In this document: one piece after another, positions 18,775 through 28,737 of the stretch
Layout of the letters: each line of letters begins with the position of its first letter
Position numbering within the stretch: the stretch's first letter is position 1
Assembly (NCBI GenBank): GCA_050916045.1
Contig: CP051526.1
Location: 1,472,001-1,536,000 of the forward strand
Length of the DNA stretch: 64,000 nt
Direction: 5' to 3'
From: Tepidisphaera sp.
GTDB lineage: Bacteria > Planctomycetota > Phycisphaerae > Phycisphaerales > UBA1924
Notes under the pieces: model-generated
What the model saw: only the letters and a program-made list of their open reading frames with translations
The model's database searches: none
What the model was told of the DNA's origin: nothing
Program-made: the position numbers and the translations under genes

Positions 18775-20034
18775 ATGCGCACCTTCGCTCTCGCATCGGC
18801 GTTGTTCCTGGCATCGTTCGCGTCCGCTCAGCCGGTCCCGGTCAAGATCGTCCGCAGCGGCGACGCCTGGACCCTTGAGCGCGGCGGCAAGCCGTACTTC
18901 ATCAAGGGCGGCGGCGGCCAGACGCAGCTTGATGTCCTGAAGAAATCCGGCGGCAACTCGATCCGCACGTGGGGCGCCGAGACGCTCGGCAAGCATCTCG
19001 ACGAAGCCCACGCACTCGGGCTGACGGTCACGGCGGGCCTCTGGCTTGGCCATGAGCGGCACGGGTTCAACTACAACAACGCCGACCAGGTCGCCAAGCA
19101 GTTCGAGGAGTGCCGCCAAGCGGTGCTGAAGTACAAGGACCACCCGGCTCTGCTCGCGTGGGGCATCGGCAACGAGATGGAAGCCGAGGGCGACAACGCC
19201 GCGATCTGGTCCGCGATCAACTCGCTGGCCGCGATGGTGAAGGAGCTTGACCCCAACCACCCGACAATGACCGTGATCGCCGGCACCGGCCCGGCCAAGA
19301 TCAAGAACATCCACCGCCTCTGCCCCGCGATCGACATCATCGGGATCAATTCCTACGGCCCGGCGGTGCACCTGCCGCGCGAGTACCGCGAGCGCGGCGG
19401 GACCAAGCCGTACATCCTGACCGAGTTCGGCCCGCGCGGCCAGTGGGAATCGCCCCTCACCGCGTGGAAGGTCCCCCTCGAGCCCACCAGCACGCAGAAA
19501 GCCGAGCAGTACCGCGAGTCGTACCAGGCCGCCGTCGTCGAGTCCAAAGGCATGTGCCTGGGGTCGTACGCGTTCATCTGGGGTCACAAGCAGGAAGCGA
19601 CGGACACGTGGTTCGGCTTGTTCCTCGCGGATGGCGCGCGAACGGGCGGCGTGGATGTCCTCACCGAGTTCTGGTCGGGCAAGCCGCCGGCGGACCGGTG
19701 CCCGACGATCGAGCCGATCGTGATTGAGGGAGGGACGGAATTCGAAGCGGGCAAGCCGTTCACGGCTTCGGTGAAAGCCGCGGACCCCGAAGGCCGCAAG
19801 CTGACGTACACATGGACCCTCATGGGCGAGCCGGCGGTGCACGCCAACGGCGGGGACGCGATCCCGCCGCTCAAGGTGTACGCCGGTGCGGTCAAGGCGC
19901 TGGAGGGGAAAGACGCGGGCCGCGCGGAAGTCCGCTTGCCTGACTCGGCGGACTCGTACCGGCTTTACGTCGTGGTGAAGGACGCTTCGGGAGCCGCCGC
20001 GACGGCGAACGTTCCGGTGAAGCGGAAGAAGTAG
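18775..20034 (+). CDS. Secreted clan GH-A glycoside hydrolase (GH2 TIM-barrel-like)
   Basis: Signal peptide; GGNSIRTWG, YKDHPALLAWGIGNE (acid/base) and YILTEFGP (nucleophile). Confidence 0.85.
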   Translation: MRTFALASALFLASFASAQPVPVKIVRSGDAWTLERGGKPYFIKGGGGQTQLDVLKKSGGNSIRTWGAETLGKHLDEAHALGLTVTAGLWLGHERHGFNYNNADQVAKQFEECRQAVLKYKDHPALLAWGIGNEMEAEGDNAAIWSAINSLAAMVKELDPNHPTMTVIAGTGPAKIKNIHRLCPAIDIIGINSYGPAVHLPREYRERGGTKPYILTEFGPRGQWESPLTAWKVPLEPTSTQKAEQYRESYQAAVVESKGMCLGSYAFIWGHKQEATDTWFGLFLADGARTGGVDVLTEFWSGKPPADRCPTIEPIVIEGGTEFEAGKPFTASVKAADPEGRKLTYTWTLMGEPAVHANGGDAIPPLKVYAGAVKALEGKDAGRAEVRLPDSADSYRLYVVVKDASGAAATANVPVKRKK

Positions 20035-20085
20035 GAGCGGTGGGACCACAGAGGCGCGGAGGGACGCGGAGAAACGCGTTTTGGC

Positions 20086-20317
20086 GAGTGGGGGGAGTGG
20101 GGGAGTGGGGGAGTGGGGGGTGGGGGCCTCTGTCGGGAGGGGAGTCGCCCTTGTCGCGACAGAACGGACTTCTGTGCGGACAGGAACGGCTCCTGTCGCG
20201 ACAGATACGGTTTCTGTCCGGATAAGCGACGGCTCTTTCCGCGCTTGAGCCGCTCGTGTCAGGACTGGGACGGCCGCTGATGTGAGCGAGCACGGCTCTG
20301 CTGGCTTTGATTCTGGC
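20086..20317. repeat. G-rich GGAGTGGG repeats followed by a degenerate 21-bp tandem repeat
   Basis: GAGTGGGG runs at about 20086-20126; 21-bp units from 20129 such as CTTGTCGCGACAGAACGGACT, TCTGTGCGGACAGGAACGGCT, CCTGTCGCGACAGATACGGTT. Confidence 0.75.
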
Positions 20318-20496
20318 TTCGGACGTGCGCGGGAGTCCGTTTCCGCGCGGTCCACGGCGCCGTCCGCTCGCGTGCGCGGATGAAGCGGGCCGAAAGCGCG
20401 GATCACACGCGCACAAGCCGGGCACAAAAGGGGCCGGGCTATGATCCAAGCGAGCCGCACCGGACGCGGCTTTGTCACTTGCCAAGGAACCCCGCC

Positions 20497-22155
20497 ATGA
20501 TGTCCCGCCGATCCACCCGTCACGGCCGCTCCATTCTGATCTCGCTGTCGTCGCTGCTCGTGAACGCTTCGCCGCTGGCGGCGTTTGCCGGGCTCGCGGT
20601 GATCCCCTCGGTCGCGATGGCTCAGAACCGCATCAAGCAGATGGAGCCGACGTACTACGTCGTGACCGCCGAGCGGGCGAACGTGCGCGCGGGGAACCAT
20701 GACTCGCTCTATGTCGTCGCCGAGGTCAAGAAGGGCGACATCATCACGGTCGACGGGCAGGACAACACCTGGACGCGCGTGGTGTACAACAGCGACTGGC
20801 CGGCGTTCGTCGGGGCTTCGGAAGGCTCGTACGACGCGGCGACGGGGACGTTCACGCTGAGCAAGCCGAGCACGCTCCTGGCGTACTCGGTGATCAACCC
20901 GCAGTACTGCTGGCAGGCGCTGCTTCCCGAGAACAAGCCGCTGGCTTCGGGCAGCAAGCTGAAGGTGCAGGGAGAGATCAAGGATGCGGCGGGGACGCTC
21001 AAGGGCTACCGCGTGAACGCGCCGGAAGGGTCGCGCGGGTTCATCGAGTCGCGCTCGCTGACGCCCGCGACAAAGGAACAGGCCGATGCCCACCGGGCGA
21101 AGATCGGGGCTCCGGCCCCCGCCCCCACGGCCCCCGCTCAGCCGGCCACCCCCACGCCGACCCCCACCCCCACCCCCACCCCCACGCCCGCGGGAAGCAA
21201 CCCGGGGACGCCGTCGACCGATCGCTCGCTCGTCGAACCGACCGTGCCGCCGACGCCGGGCAGCCAGCCGACCAATCCGGTCACCCCGCCCGCGACCGCT
21301 CCGGGCGCCACGCCACCCGCGCCCGGCGGGCAGCCGACCGTGATCGACCAGCAGTCTGACCCCAACAAGCCGGCGACCGCCCCCACCAACCCCGCCAACC
21401 CCACCGACAGCACCACGCCCGCGGCTACGCCGCCCGCGAAAGCCAAGGACCGCACGACCGCGAGCCTCGAGCAGATCGAGACCGCGTTCGCGAAGGTCAA
21501 CAGCCGGGATGCGGACATCTTCACGGCCGAGTACGACTCGCTCCTCGCTGAGATCAACAAGACGATCGGGGAACTGACCGATTCGCCGGTGGATGCGCAG
21601 CGGAAGCGCCAGCTTCAGCTTCGGGCGGATGTGCTCAAGCTCCGCATCGGCGTGCGTGACAGCCTGAAAGCGTCCGAGGAAGCCAAGCGGTCGCTCAACA
21701 CCGAGATCACCGCAGCGTCCAAGGTGATCGCCGAAGCCGAGAAGTCCCGCGTGTACAACCTCGTGGGCATGCTCACCGCGAGCAGCATCTACGACGGCAA
21801 GAACCTGCCCGTGATGTACCGCGTGGTCTCGGCGGATGCGAAAGCTCCCACGACGCTGGGGTACATCGATCCGGCGCAGGACCCGACGCTCGCGTCCAAG
21901 GTCGGCCAGCTGGTCGGCGTGATCGGCGAAGCGATCGTGGACCCGACGCTCAAGATCGCGGTGATCCGCCCGGTGCGGGTCGACCTGGTCGGCGCCGGTT
22001 CCGGTTCGCCCAACCTGCCGCTTCTCCAGCCGACGCAGATCACGCGTCCGGCGGCGGAACCCGCCAAGCCGGCGCCGGCGGCGGTGCCCGCTCCCACGAC
22101 CGCGCCCGCTTCGACGGAGAAAGCTCCGCCCAAGCCGGCGGACATCATCAAGTAA
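20497..22155 (+). CDS. Secreted SH3b-like domain protein with a Pro/Thr-rich linker and coiled coil
   Basis: Signal peptide ending AMA/Q; VVTAERANVRAG...VAEVKKGDIITVDG...WTRV (SH3b-like); PTPTPT linker. Confidence 0.75.
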   Translation: MMSRRSTRHGRSILISLSSLLVNASPLAAFAGLAVIPSVAMAQNRIKQMEPTYYVVTAERANVRAGNHDSLYVVAEVKKGDIITVDGQDNTWTRVVYNSDWPAFVGASEGSYDAATGTFTLSKPSTLLAYSVINPQYCWQALLPENKPLASGSKLKVQGEIKDAAGTLKGYRVNAPEGSRGFIESRSLTPATKEQADAHRAKIGAPAPAPTAPAQPATPTPTPTPTPTPTPAGSNPGTPSTDRSLVEPTVPPTPGSQPTNPVTPPATAPGATPPAPGGQPTVIDQQSDPNKPATAPTNPANPTDSTTPAATPPAKAKDRTTASLEQIETAFAKVNSRDADIFTAEYDSLLAEINKTIGELTDSPVDAQRKRQLQLRADVLKLRIGVRDSLKASEEAKRSLNTEITAASKVIAEAEKSRVYNLVGMLTASSIYDGKNLPVMYRVVSADAKAPTTLGYIDPAQDPTLASKVGQLVGVIGEAIVDPTLKIAVIRPVRVDLVGAGSGSPNLPLLQPTQITRPAAEPAKPAPAAVPAPTTAPASTEKAPPKPADIIK

Positions 22156-22169
22156 GTCGCGGGCCGCGC

Positions 22170-22445
22170 TCAATCCGCGCCCTCGAACCAGACGGAGGTT
22201 GAGTCTTCCGGCGGCGATCCTTCGGCGATGAGCAGGAGGTCTCGGCGGATCTCCTCCGCGCGTGCTTTGAGTTCGAGCAAGCGTGTTTCCGCGGGGCCGA
22301 GCCTGCCCGAAAGGGCCGCAAGCCGCTCTGCGACCTCGTGGCACCGCCGCGGGTCTCCGGAAGCCGCCGCGGCGGCCGCTCGATCGTTCAGCACTTCCAG
22401 TTCGCTCCGCCGGGTTTCGTACTCCGCTCGCCGCGTCCCACCCAT
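22170..22445 (-). CDS. Small hypothetical coiled-coil protein
   Basis: ORF fits between flanking genes; helical sequence; start uncertain. Confidence 0.4.
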   Translation of the reverse strand: MGGTRRAEYETRRSELEVLNDRAAAAAASGDPRRCHEVAERLAALSGRLGPAETRLLELKARAEEIRRDLLLIAEGSPPEDSTSVWFEGAD

Positions 22446-22625
22446 GGTTGACCCCCTTGCGAGCGTCGCGCCCGCCCGGAGGACAACCACGGCGGAGTGG
22501 ATTTCTTTCGGGCGAGATTCGCCGCGGGAAGGCGGTGCCCGCGGTCGTGCGCTCAAGCGGCGTGGTTATAATCAAAAAGCCGCGATCAATCGAATCGCGC
22601 CGCCTTCAATTCCCAAGGATTACGC

Positions 22626-23363
22626 ATGACCACGACAAGCCAGCCCATCGTTCGTCGACCGCACGCTTCCCTCCGCCGCGGAAGCTGGCAGAAGGGGTGC
22701 CTGATCGCGTTCGTTGTCGTGTTCGTGATCGCGATCGGTCTGGCGGTGACCGTCGCGCTGACGTGGCGCCGCATGTTCGCCGCGAGCGTGACGATCGGCG
22801 TCACGGAGATGGTCAGCACCTCGCAGCTTCCCCAGGATCAGAAGGACCGGATCATGGCGAAGGTCGGGAACGTGACCGAGGACTTCAAGTCGGGCAAGAT
22901 CACGCTTCAGCAGTTCGGCCAGGTCTTCGAAGCCGTCTTCGACGGGCCTCTGCTCCCGCTGACGATGATGTGGGGCGCTCAGGAGAAGTACTTCGACAAG
23001 AGCGGGCTGAGCGATGAGGAGAAAGCCGCGGGTGTCCGCGCGATGCACCGGTTCTCCCACGGCGTGGCCGAAGGCAAGCTCAGCATGGACGACCTGAGCT
23101 CGGCGATGAAGCACGTCGCGACCGGTACAAACTCGGTCACCGTCACCAAGACCAACAGCAACGGGTCGGTCAACACCACGACCACGACGACCGGCGGGAA
23201 CTTCCAGTTCAAGCCCAAGGTGACCGACGAAGAGCTTCGCAAGTTCATCGAAGAGATCAAGTCCAAAGCCGATGGTGCGAAGATCGCGGAGGATGTTCCC
23301 GAGATGAACATCGCCGAAGAAGTCGAGAAAGCCATCGACAAGGGTCTTGCGAACTCCAAGTGA
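22626..23363 (+). CDS. Hypothetical protein with an N-terminal membrane anchor
   Basis: KGCLIAFVVVFVIAIGLAVTVAL transmembrane segment; host-like codon usage; TATAAT at 22567-22572 upstream. Confidence 0.8.
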   Translation: MTTTSQPIVRRPHASLRRGSWQKGCLIAFVVVFVIAIGLAVTVALTWRRMFAASVTIGVTEMVSTSQLPQDQKDRIMAKVGNVTEDFKSGKITLQQFGQVFEAVFDGPLLPLTMMWGAQEKYFDKSGLSDEEKAAGVRAMHRFSHGVAEGKLSMDDLSSAMKHVATGTNSVTVTKTNSNGSVNTTTTTTGGNFQFKPKVTDEELRKFIEEIKSKADGAKIAEDVPEMNIAEEVEKAIDKGLANSK

Positions 23364-23373
23364 GCTTGGGTTC

Positions 23374-25098
23374 TCAGCGAGCGGGCTTGGGCGCGAGCCT
23401 CGTCGCCTCCGCGGCGACGGCCGGGTCGGGGTCGCTCGCGAGTTCAGAAACAAGACCCATCACCTGATCTGATGAGACAAAGTAGTTCAAGGTGTACAGT
23501 CGCCCGACCAGAGCAAGCCGCTCCGGGCCGGTCATCGATCGGACCGAAGCTCGCACGATCGGGAACCCGCGGTCGAAGTCGACCCAGCCCGATCCGATGA
23601 GCACGCAGAGGCCGTGCGCGGCCCCCGTCTGCCGCGGACCGGGCGTTGAAGCCGCTTCGAGCACCGCTCGGGCGAAGTCTTCGTCGGGCGGCGTGCGTTT
23701 GGCGTACATGCCGATCGCGGCGGCCTGGGTGCCTCCCGTGGTGTTGAGGGCGAGTTCGCGGAGTTCCGCCCATTCCGCGGGCGTGCGTGCCGCGATGCTG
23801 AAGTTCGCCTCGATCGACTCAAGAACCTCGGGATTTCCGGCTTTGAGAAGGTCGATGACGATGGGGTAGGCCTCGGGCATCCTGTCGGAGAGGTGGAAGA
23901 GGACGTGGACCGAGTTTCGCCTCAGAATGGCCGGGGACGCGGGGTCGGTGGCGGCGGCTTTGACCTGTGGGAGAAGCGGTTTGGAGCCTTCGCCGAGGGC
24001 GAGGCAGAGAAGCACGTAGCTCCAGGCTTCGGGGTCGGCGGGGACGAGGCGACGCTGGATCTCGGCGAGGTGGCCTTCGAGGACCGGGCGGATGTCCCCA
24101 TCGGTGCGGTTCCAGAGGGCCGCGTAGGAGAGGCGCGGGATCATCTCTTGACGCATGCGCACGTGCATCGGGAGGGTCTGGGTTGACGTTTCGAGGATGA
24201 CCTCGAACATTCGCTTGCGGATTGTCCGGTCCGAATCGTCGATCACGCCCATGTGCATCGCACGCAGGAGCGTCGCGGGATCGGTGCTCTTGTCGAGCTT
24301 GCTCTGAACGCTTGAAGCGACCCAGGCCCGCTGCCATGCGTAGCTTTCGCGGCGATCGACAAGCCGGTCCACGAGGCTGTCGCGATTCGCGGGTGGTCCC
24401 ACGTTCTGACCTGCGCCGGTGATGAGCCGCTCGGGCAGGAACCACATTCCGAAGATGAGAACCGGCGTGGGGATGAGCGCGGTGGGTCCGCGCTGGATCG
24501 AGCGGAGGATGAGGGGCATCCAGAGCGCCGCCAGCAGGAGGGGGATGAACGCGATGGCGAGCTTGGTGCGGCGGCGACGCTTCATCAGGCCGCGGTTGCT
24601 CTCTGCATCGTGGCCGCATTCGGGGCACTGGAAACGGCCGGCGACCGCGAGCGTGGCCATCTCGTACCAGCATTTGGGGCAGCGTTTGCGTCCGCGCGAG
24701 GGCTCGCCGTAGATCGCCCACGCGATCAGCGAGAGCACGCCAAGAGCCAGGCCGGCGGAGAGGGTGCCGACACTCGCGGCCCAGGACTGTTGGCTCACCA
24801 TCTGGGCGAGGGACATGCTCCCGAGGAGGCACCCGGTGGCGATCAGGAGGGCGAGAATCCCGGCCAGCAAAGCGGTCTTGTGGGTCTTCCGCGGCCAGAA
24901 CTCTTTGCGCGCACGGGCTTCATAGCGGCAGGCCTGGCACTGCAGGCCGGGCACCGTGACGGCGGCCCGGCAGGCGGGGCAGAGGGGCGTCCCGTGGCGG
25001 GCTCGGTGGAGCACCGCGCGCACGAGAAGCGACACGCCCCAGAGGGCGAGAAACGCCGACATGAAGGAAAGCACGTCGTGAGCGTGAGGGGTCCACAT
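23374..25098 (-). CDS. Membrane protein with Zn-ribbon motifs and a HEAT-like C-terminal region
   Basis: CPAC..CQAC and CPKCWYEM...CPECG; several TM helices; paralog of 26417..28189. Confidence 0.75.
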   Translation of the reverse strand: MWTPHAHDVLSFMSAFLALWGVSLLVRAVLHRARHGTPLCPACRAAVTVPGLQCQACRYEARARKEFWPRKTHKTALLAGILALLIATGCLLGSMSLAQMVSQQSWAASVGTLSAGLALGVLSLIAWAIYGEPSRGRKRCPKCWYEMATLAVAGRFQCPECGHDAESNRGLMKRRRRTKLAIAFIPLLLAALWMPLILRSIQRGPTALIPTPVLIFGMWFLPERLITGAGQNVGPPANRDSLVDRLVDRRESYAWQRAWVASSVQSKLDKSTDPATLLRAMHMGVIDDSDRTIRKRMFEVILETSTQTLPMHVRMRQEMIPRLSYAALWNRTDGDIRPVLEGHLAEIQRRLVPADPEAWSYVLLCLALGEGSKPLLPQVKAAATDPASPAILRRNSVHVLFHLSDRMPEAYPIVIDLLKAGNPEVLESIEANFSIAARTPAEWAELRELALNTTGGTQAAAIGMYAKRTPPDEDFARAVLEAASTPGPRQTGAAHGLCVLIGSGWVDFDRGFPIVRASVRSMTGPERLALVGRLYTLNYFVSSDQVMGLVSELASDPDPAVAAEATRLAPKPAR

Positions 25099-25182
25099 TC
25101 CTGGGCGGTGTACCGATCGGTGGGCGTTCGGATGCAGTCCATGCGGGCGAAACCGAAGCCGGCGGATCACGAAGAATGGGGT

Positions 25183-25563
25183 ATGAACGCAGGAATCGAC
25201 TGGACGGCGGAGGGTGCGATGCAGCGGGTGGCGCGGATGCGCGTGCTGGCTTCGCTTCTTGACAACTCGCTGCTGGTGCCGGGGCTGAACGTGCGGGTAG
25301 GGCTGGATCCGATCCTGGGTCTGTTCCCGGGCGGGGGCGATCTGATCGGCTTGCTGGCGGGCCTGTACATCGTGTACGAAGCGTGGCAGCTTGGAGCTTC
25401 AGGCCGCGTCCTGGCGCTGATGGTGATCAACATCCTGATCGACTCGGCGGTGGGCGCGATCCCGGTGGTGGGCGACCTCTTCGACTTCGCGTGGAAAGCC
25501 AACACGCGGAATCTTGAGCTTCTGGGGATCGACACCAGCGAGCCGGTGCGGCTTGCGTTCTAA
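25183..25563 (+). CDS. DUF4112 domain membrane protein
   Basis: LLDNSLLVPG..VGLDPILGLFPGGGD...GAIPVVGDLFDFAWKANTRN. Confidence 0.9.
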   Translation: MNAGIDWTAEGAMQRVARMRVLASLLDNSLLVPGLNVRVGLDPILGLFPGGGDLIGLLAGLYIVYEAWQLGASGRVLALMVINILIDSAVGAIPVVGDLFDFAWKANTRNLELLGIDTSEPVRLAF

Positions 25564-25591
25564 CGCGTGACAGGCGTCATATCGTCAGCCC

Positions 25592-26413
25592 ATGATTGAT
25601 CTGGCGCAGGTAGCCAAGCTAGAAGAAGCCCGGCTGGCGATGGGAATGGCGAGCGTCGCGGTGGAGCACCGTGCGCTGGCGGGGGGCATGCTCGCGCGGG
25701 GTGAGCCGGGCACCTGGATCAACACCGCGACCGGGATGGGGATGAACGGGCCGGTGAGCGATGAGCAGATCGAGGAGTTCATCGCGTGGTACGAGTCGGC
25801 GGGGGTCGAGCCGCGGATTGAGATCTGCCCGTTCGCGGATGCGTCGCTCGTCGGTGGCCTTGCCGCTCGCGGGTTCAGGCTCAAGCAGTTTGAGAACGTC
25901 TTCTTTCGCGAAGCGGGCGAGTCGGTGCCGCCTTCGCCCCTTGGCGAAGGGATCGAGGTGGGGCTGCTTGATCCCGAGGATGAGAAGTCGGTGTGGGAGT
26001 ACGCCGCGGCGGTCGCTCGCGGGTTCATGCCCGACGGGAAGGATCCGGAAGCGGGCGATGTCGAACTGACCGCGCGCGTCGTGCGTCAGCCGGCGGTGAT
26101 GGCGTTTGCGGCCAAAGCCGAGGGGCGAATCGTCGGCGGCGGATCGATCGAGATCCCGGCGGTGGGCGGGCCGAAAGCGGCGGCGCTCTTCGCGCTCGCG
26201 GTTCTTCCGTCGTATCGCCGCCGCGGGGTGCAGCAGGCGCTGATCGCGGCGCGGCTCAGGGCGGCGAGCGACGCGGGGGCGACGGTGGTCACGATCTCCG
26301 CGCTGCCGGGGGTCGCGACGGAACGCAACGCCCGCCGAATGGGCTTCCAGGTTGCGTACACGAAAGCGGTGCTGATCCGGCCGGGTGCGGGGCTTGTCGC
26401 GAATCGGTGGTGA
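25592..26413 (+). CDS. GNAT family N-acetyltransferase
   Basis: AVLPSYRRRGVQQALI acetyl-CoA motif; ERNARRMGF. Confidence 0.9.
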   Translation: MIDLAQVAKLEEARLAMGMASVAVEHRALAGGMLARGEPGTWINTATGMGMNGPVSDEQIEEFIAWYESAGVEPRIEICPFADASLVGGLAARGFRLKQFENVFFREAGESVPPSPLGEGIEVGLLDPEDEKSVWEYAAAVARGFMPDGKDPEAGDVELTARVVRQPAVMAFAAKAEGRIVGGGSIEIPAVGGPKAAALFALAVLPSYRRRGVQQALIAARLRAASDAGATVVTISALPGVATERNARRMGFQVAYTKAVLIRPGAGLVANRW

Positions 26414-26416
26414 GGG

Positions 26417-28189
26417 TCACTGGGCCGAGCTGGGAGGGCCGTTCATTTCCGCTTGACGCTGAGCTTCCTCTTGGGCTTCCCGCTGAACCTGAAGCTCGCC
26501 TTCGAGACAGTTTCGGATGTTGACGAGGGCGGAAGCCGCGAGGGTGCGGACGTCTTCGTCGCGGTGGCCGACAAGCGGCTCGATGTCGACGAGGTAGCGT
26601 TCGTACCCGGGTTCGCGTGCGTACGCCAGCGATTCCGCCCAACTTATGGCTTCGGCGAGAACATCGGCGGCGGGATCCTCGAACGCGCCGGCGAGCAGAT
26701 GGACGCGTGAGGGCTGTCCCGGGGCGCGGGCGTTGAAGCAGGCTTTCAGGGCGGGGGCGCGTCGGGGACCGGGTTCCGACGCGGTGTTCTCGATGAGCCG
26801 GGCGATCTCGGGGTCCGAGCCTTTCAGCGACAGGCGAGCGCGGGCCGCGATGTAGACGCGCCGAGGGTCGGTGCCCTCGCGGATCTCGAGATCGAGCCGG
26901 TCGCGGATCAGCGGCGGGAGCGGGCCGTCGGCGGTGGCGAAGATGCAGGCGAGCCACACCGAGTTGGTGATCTCCACGTCCGGCTTGTCGAGCGTCTGGA
27001 CCACCGCTTCGAGAGCGTGGGGCTCCGCATTGCCTCGGTTGATCAGAAGGAGGGTCGCACTCAAGAGGTCGGACCTTGCGGTAAGCGTGGGATAGAGCGT
27101 GAGGAGCGTCTCGGTGGCCTGGGCTTCACGCGTCTGTGCTTCGAGAAGCACGGTCGCGGTCTCGATGACCACCGACGGTTGTTGGTCGGTCAGGCCGGGA
27201 GCGATTTCATCGGCGTAGGTCGCGATCTGCGGTGCGGCCGCCTTGCGGATGGCTTCGAAACCGGCCCAGCCATCGGCGAGATTCCATCCATTGTCGATGA
27301 TCCCGACATTCAAGAGTTCCGCAGCGTGCAGGCGCACCACGGGGTCCGGATCGCCGAGCTTGCGAGCGACGAACGTGTACGTTTCGACGGTGACCGTGGC
27401 TTGGCCGACGCCCTCGACCGAACCGATACGCTGGACTGCCCAGCGAAGGCGTTCGAGCGACTTCGGGCTGCCGATCTCGCTTTGGAGGCGGGAGACATAC
27501 CACCCGCGCTGCCATTCCCAAGAGCGAGACTCGTACAGGCGTTCCTCGAGCGTCCATTCATCTTCGTAGTTGCTGTTGGCGACCCAGTCGTCCGGCAGGT
27601 GCGGGCCCAGAGCGATCATCAGGGTCGTCGGGAGCAGAGCTTTCACGCCGCCGGCCTGAACGTGGCTGAATCGCGGGACGAGCAACGCGACAAAGCCGAT
27701 GAGGACGGCCAGAATGACGAGCTTGGGGTGTCGGCGGGTGCGTTGCAAGCCGGCTTGGTCCTTCGCGTCCTGGCCGCACTCGGGGCAGATGAAGTTGCCG
27801 GTGGTCGGAGCACCGGCCATGTCGTACCAGCACTTGGGGCAGCGCAGGCTTCCTCGGGCACGATCGGAGAAGAGGCCCCACGCGCCGAGCGCGATGGCGA
27901 AAGCCAGGATTCCGGCCGCCATGGCGTGGAACGCCGTCAGTTCGTCAGATCCGCTCGTGCCGCCGTAGATCCAGTTGCGCAGGTAGGAGCCAGCGAAATA
28001 AAGCCCGATGCCGATGGGAAACCCGACACACCCCGCCACCACCGCGGCTTTCTTTATCTTGCGCGGCCCGCGAGCGGACCGGCCGACACGCGGCCGGTGA
28101 AGCAGCCCGCGAGCAATCAGCGAGCAGGACCACAGGGCGATGAAGGTGCCGAGGAACCAGAGAACGTGGTGGGCGTGCGGCTGGAGCAT
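26417..28189 (-). CDS. Membrane protein with a Zn-ribbon and HEAT repeats
   Basis: CPKCWYDM...CPECG; LGDPDPVVRLHAA and HRDEDVRTLAASAL HEAT-like motifs; paralog of 23374..25098. Confidence 0.75.
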   Translation of the reverse strand: MLQPHAHHVLWFLGTFIALWSCSLIARGLLHRPRVGRSARGPRKIKKAAVVAGCVGFPIGIGLYFAGSYLRNWIYGGTSGSDELTAFHAMAAGILAFAIALGAWGLFSDRARGSLRCPKCWYDMAGAPTTGNFICPECGQDAKDQAGLQRTRRHPKLVILAVLIGFVALLVPRFSHVQAGGVKALLPTTLMIALGPHLPDDWVANSNYEDEWTLEERLYESRSWEWQRGWYVSRLQSEIGSPKSLERLRWAVQRIGSVEGVGQATVTVETYTFVARKLGDPDPVVRLHAAELLNVGIIDNGWNLADGWAGFEAIRKAAAPQIATYADEIAPGLTDQQPSVVIETATVLLEAQTREAQATETLLTLYPTLTARSDLLSATLLLINRGNAEPHALEAVVQTLDKPDVEITNSVWLACIFATADGPLPPLIRDRLDLEIREGTDPRRVYIAARARLSLKGSDPEIARLIENTASEPGPRRAPALKACFNARAPGQPSRVHLLAGAFEDPAADVLAEAISWAESLAYAREPGYERYLVDIEPLVGHRDEDVRTLAASALVNIRNCLEGELQVQREAQEEAQRQAEMNGPPSSAQ

Positions 28190-28217
28190 GCGGAGGAGAG
28201 TGTAACGGAGGTCGGGC

Positions 28218-28259
28218 GGTGACCGATGGCAGGTGACCGATGGCAGGTGACCGATGGCC
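28218..28259. repeat. 14-bp tandem repeat GGTGACCGATGGCA, three copies
   Basis: Read directly; intergenic. Confidence 0.9.
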
Positions 28260-28279
28260 AGCGACCGATCCCTGTTCCC

Positions 28280-28492
28280 ATGCGGACCCAGACGGAGACG
28301 ATCTGGGACTCGAGGTTTCGAGACGCTGGTCGCAGGCTTGACAACGGAGAGCAGGGCATCCTGCTCACGGACATCCCGGCGTACGCCGATCGGGTGCGGG
28401 TCAGTGTGGAAGGGCAAGTCGAAGCAGTCGGCCCCGCCGGGGGCCTCATGATGCCTCAACCTCGGCACGGGGCCCAGGTGGCCGCGCGATGA
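28280..28492 (+). CDS. Small hypothetical protein
   Basis: 70-aa ORF with host-like codons, divergent from the 28189 gene; no recognised motif. Confidence 0.35.
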   Translation: MRTQTETIWDSRFRDAGRRLDNGEQGILLTDIPAYADRVRVSVEGQVEAVGPAGGLMMPQPRHGAQVAAR

Positions 28493-28737
28493 ACCAGCTC
28501 GTCGCGTGCGTGCCTTGGGCGGTACCTTTCCGAGCCCCATGCGAAGTTCTCAAGCGTGCGAAAGGGGCGGATCCCATGCTTCCGACCGCGGATGTTCGCA
28601 AGCGGTGCGGCACAGATATGTGGCAAACAATGGACATTGATGTGCGCACGAACGAAGCCTCGGACGAATTTCATAAATTTTCTTCGGAATTTGCACCAGA
28701 TGCGATTGCAGTCGGTTCGATAAGCTGATAAGGTGCA

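Noticed and set aside
18763..22575. 1270-aa minus-strand ORF
   Set aside because: Arg/Gly-rich shadow of two well-supported + strand genes; typical of high-GC DNA.
28489..28728. 79-aa ORF upstream of the Cys-rich precursor
   Set aside because: No RBS or motif; overlaps an AT-rich stretch that more likely holds the promoter.
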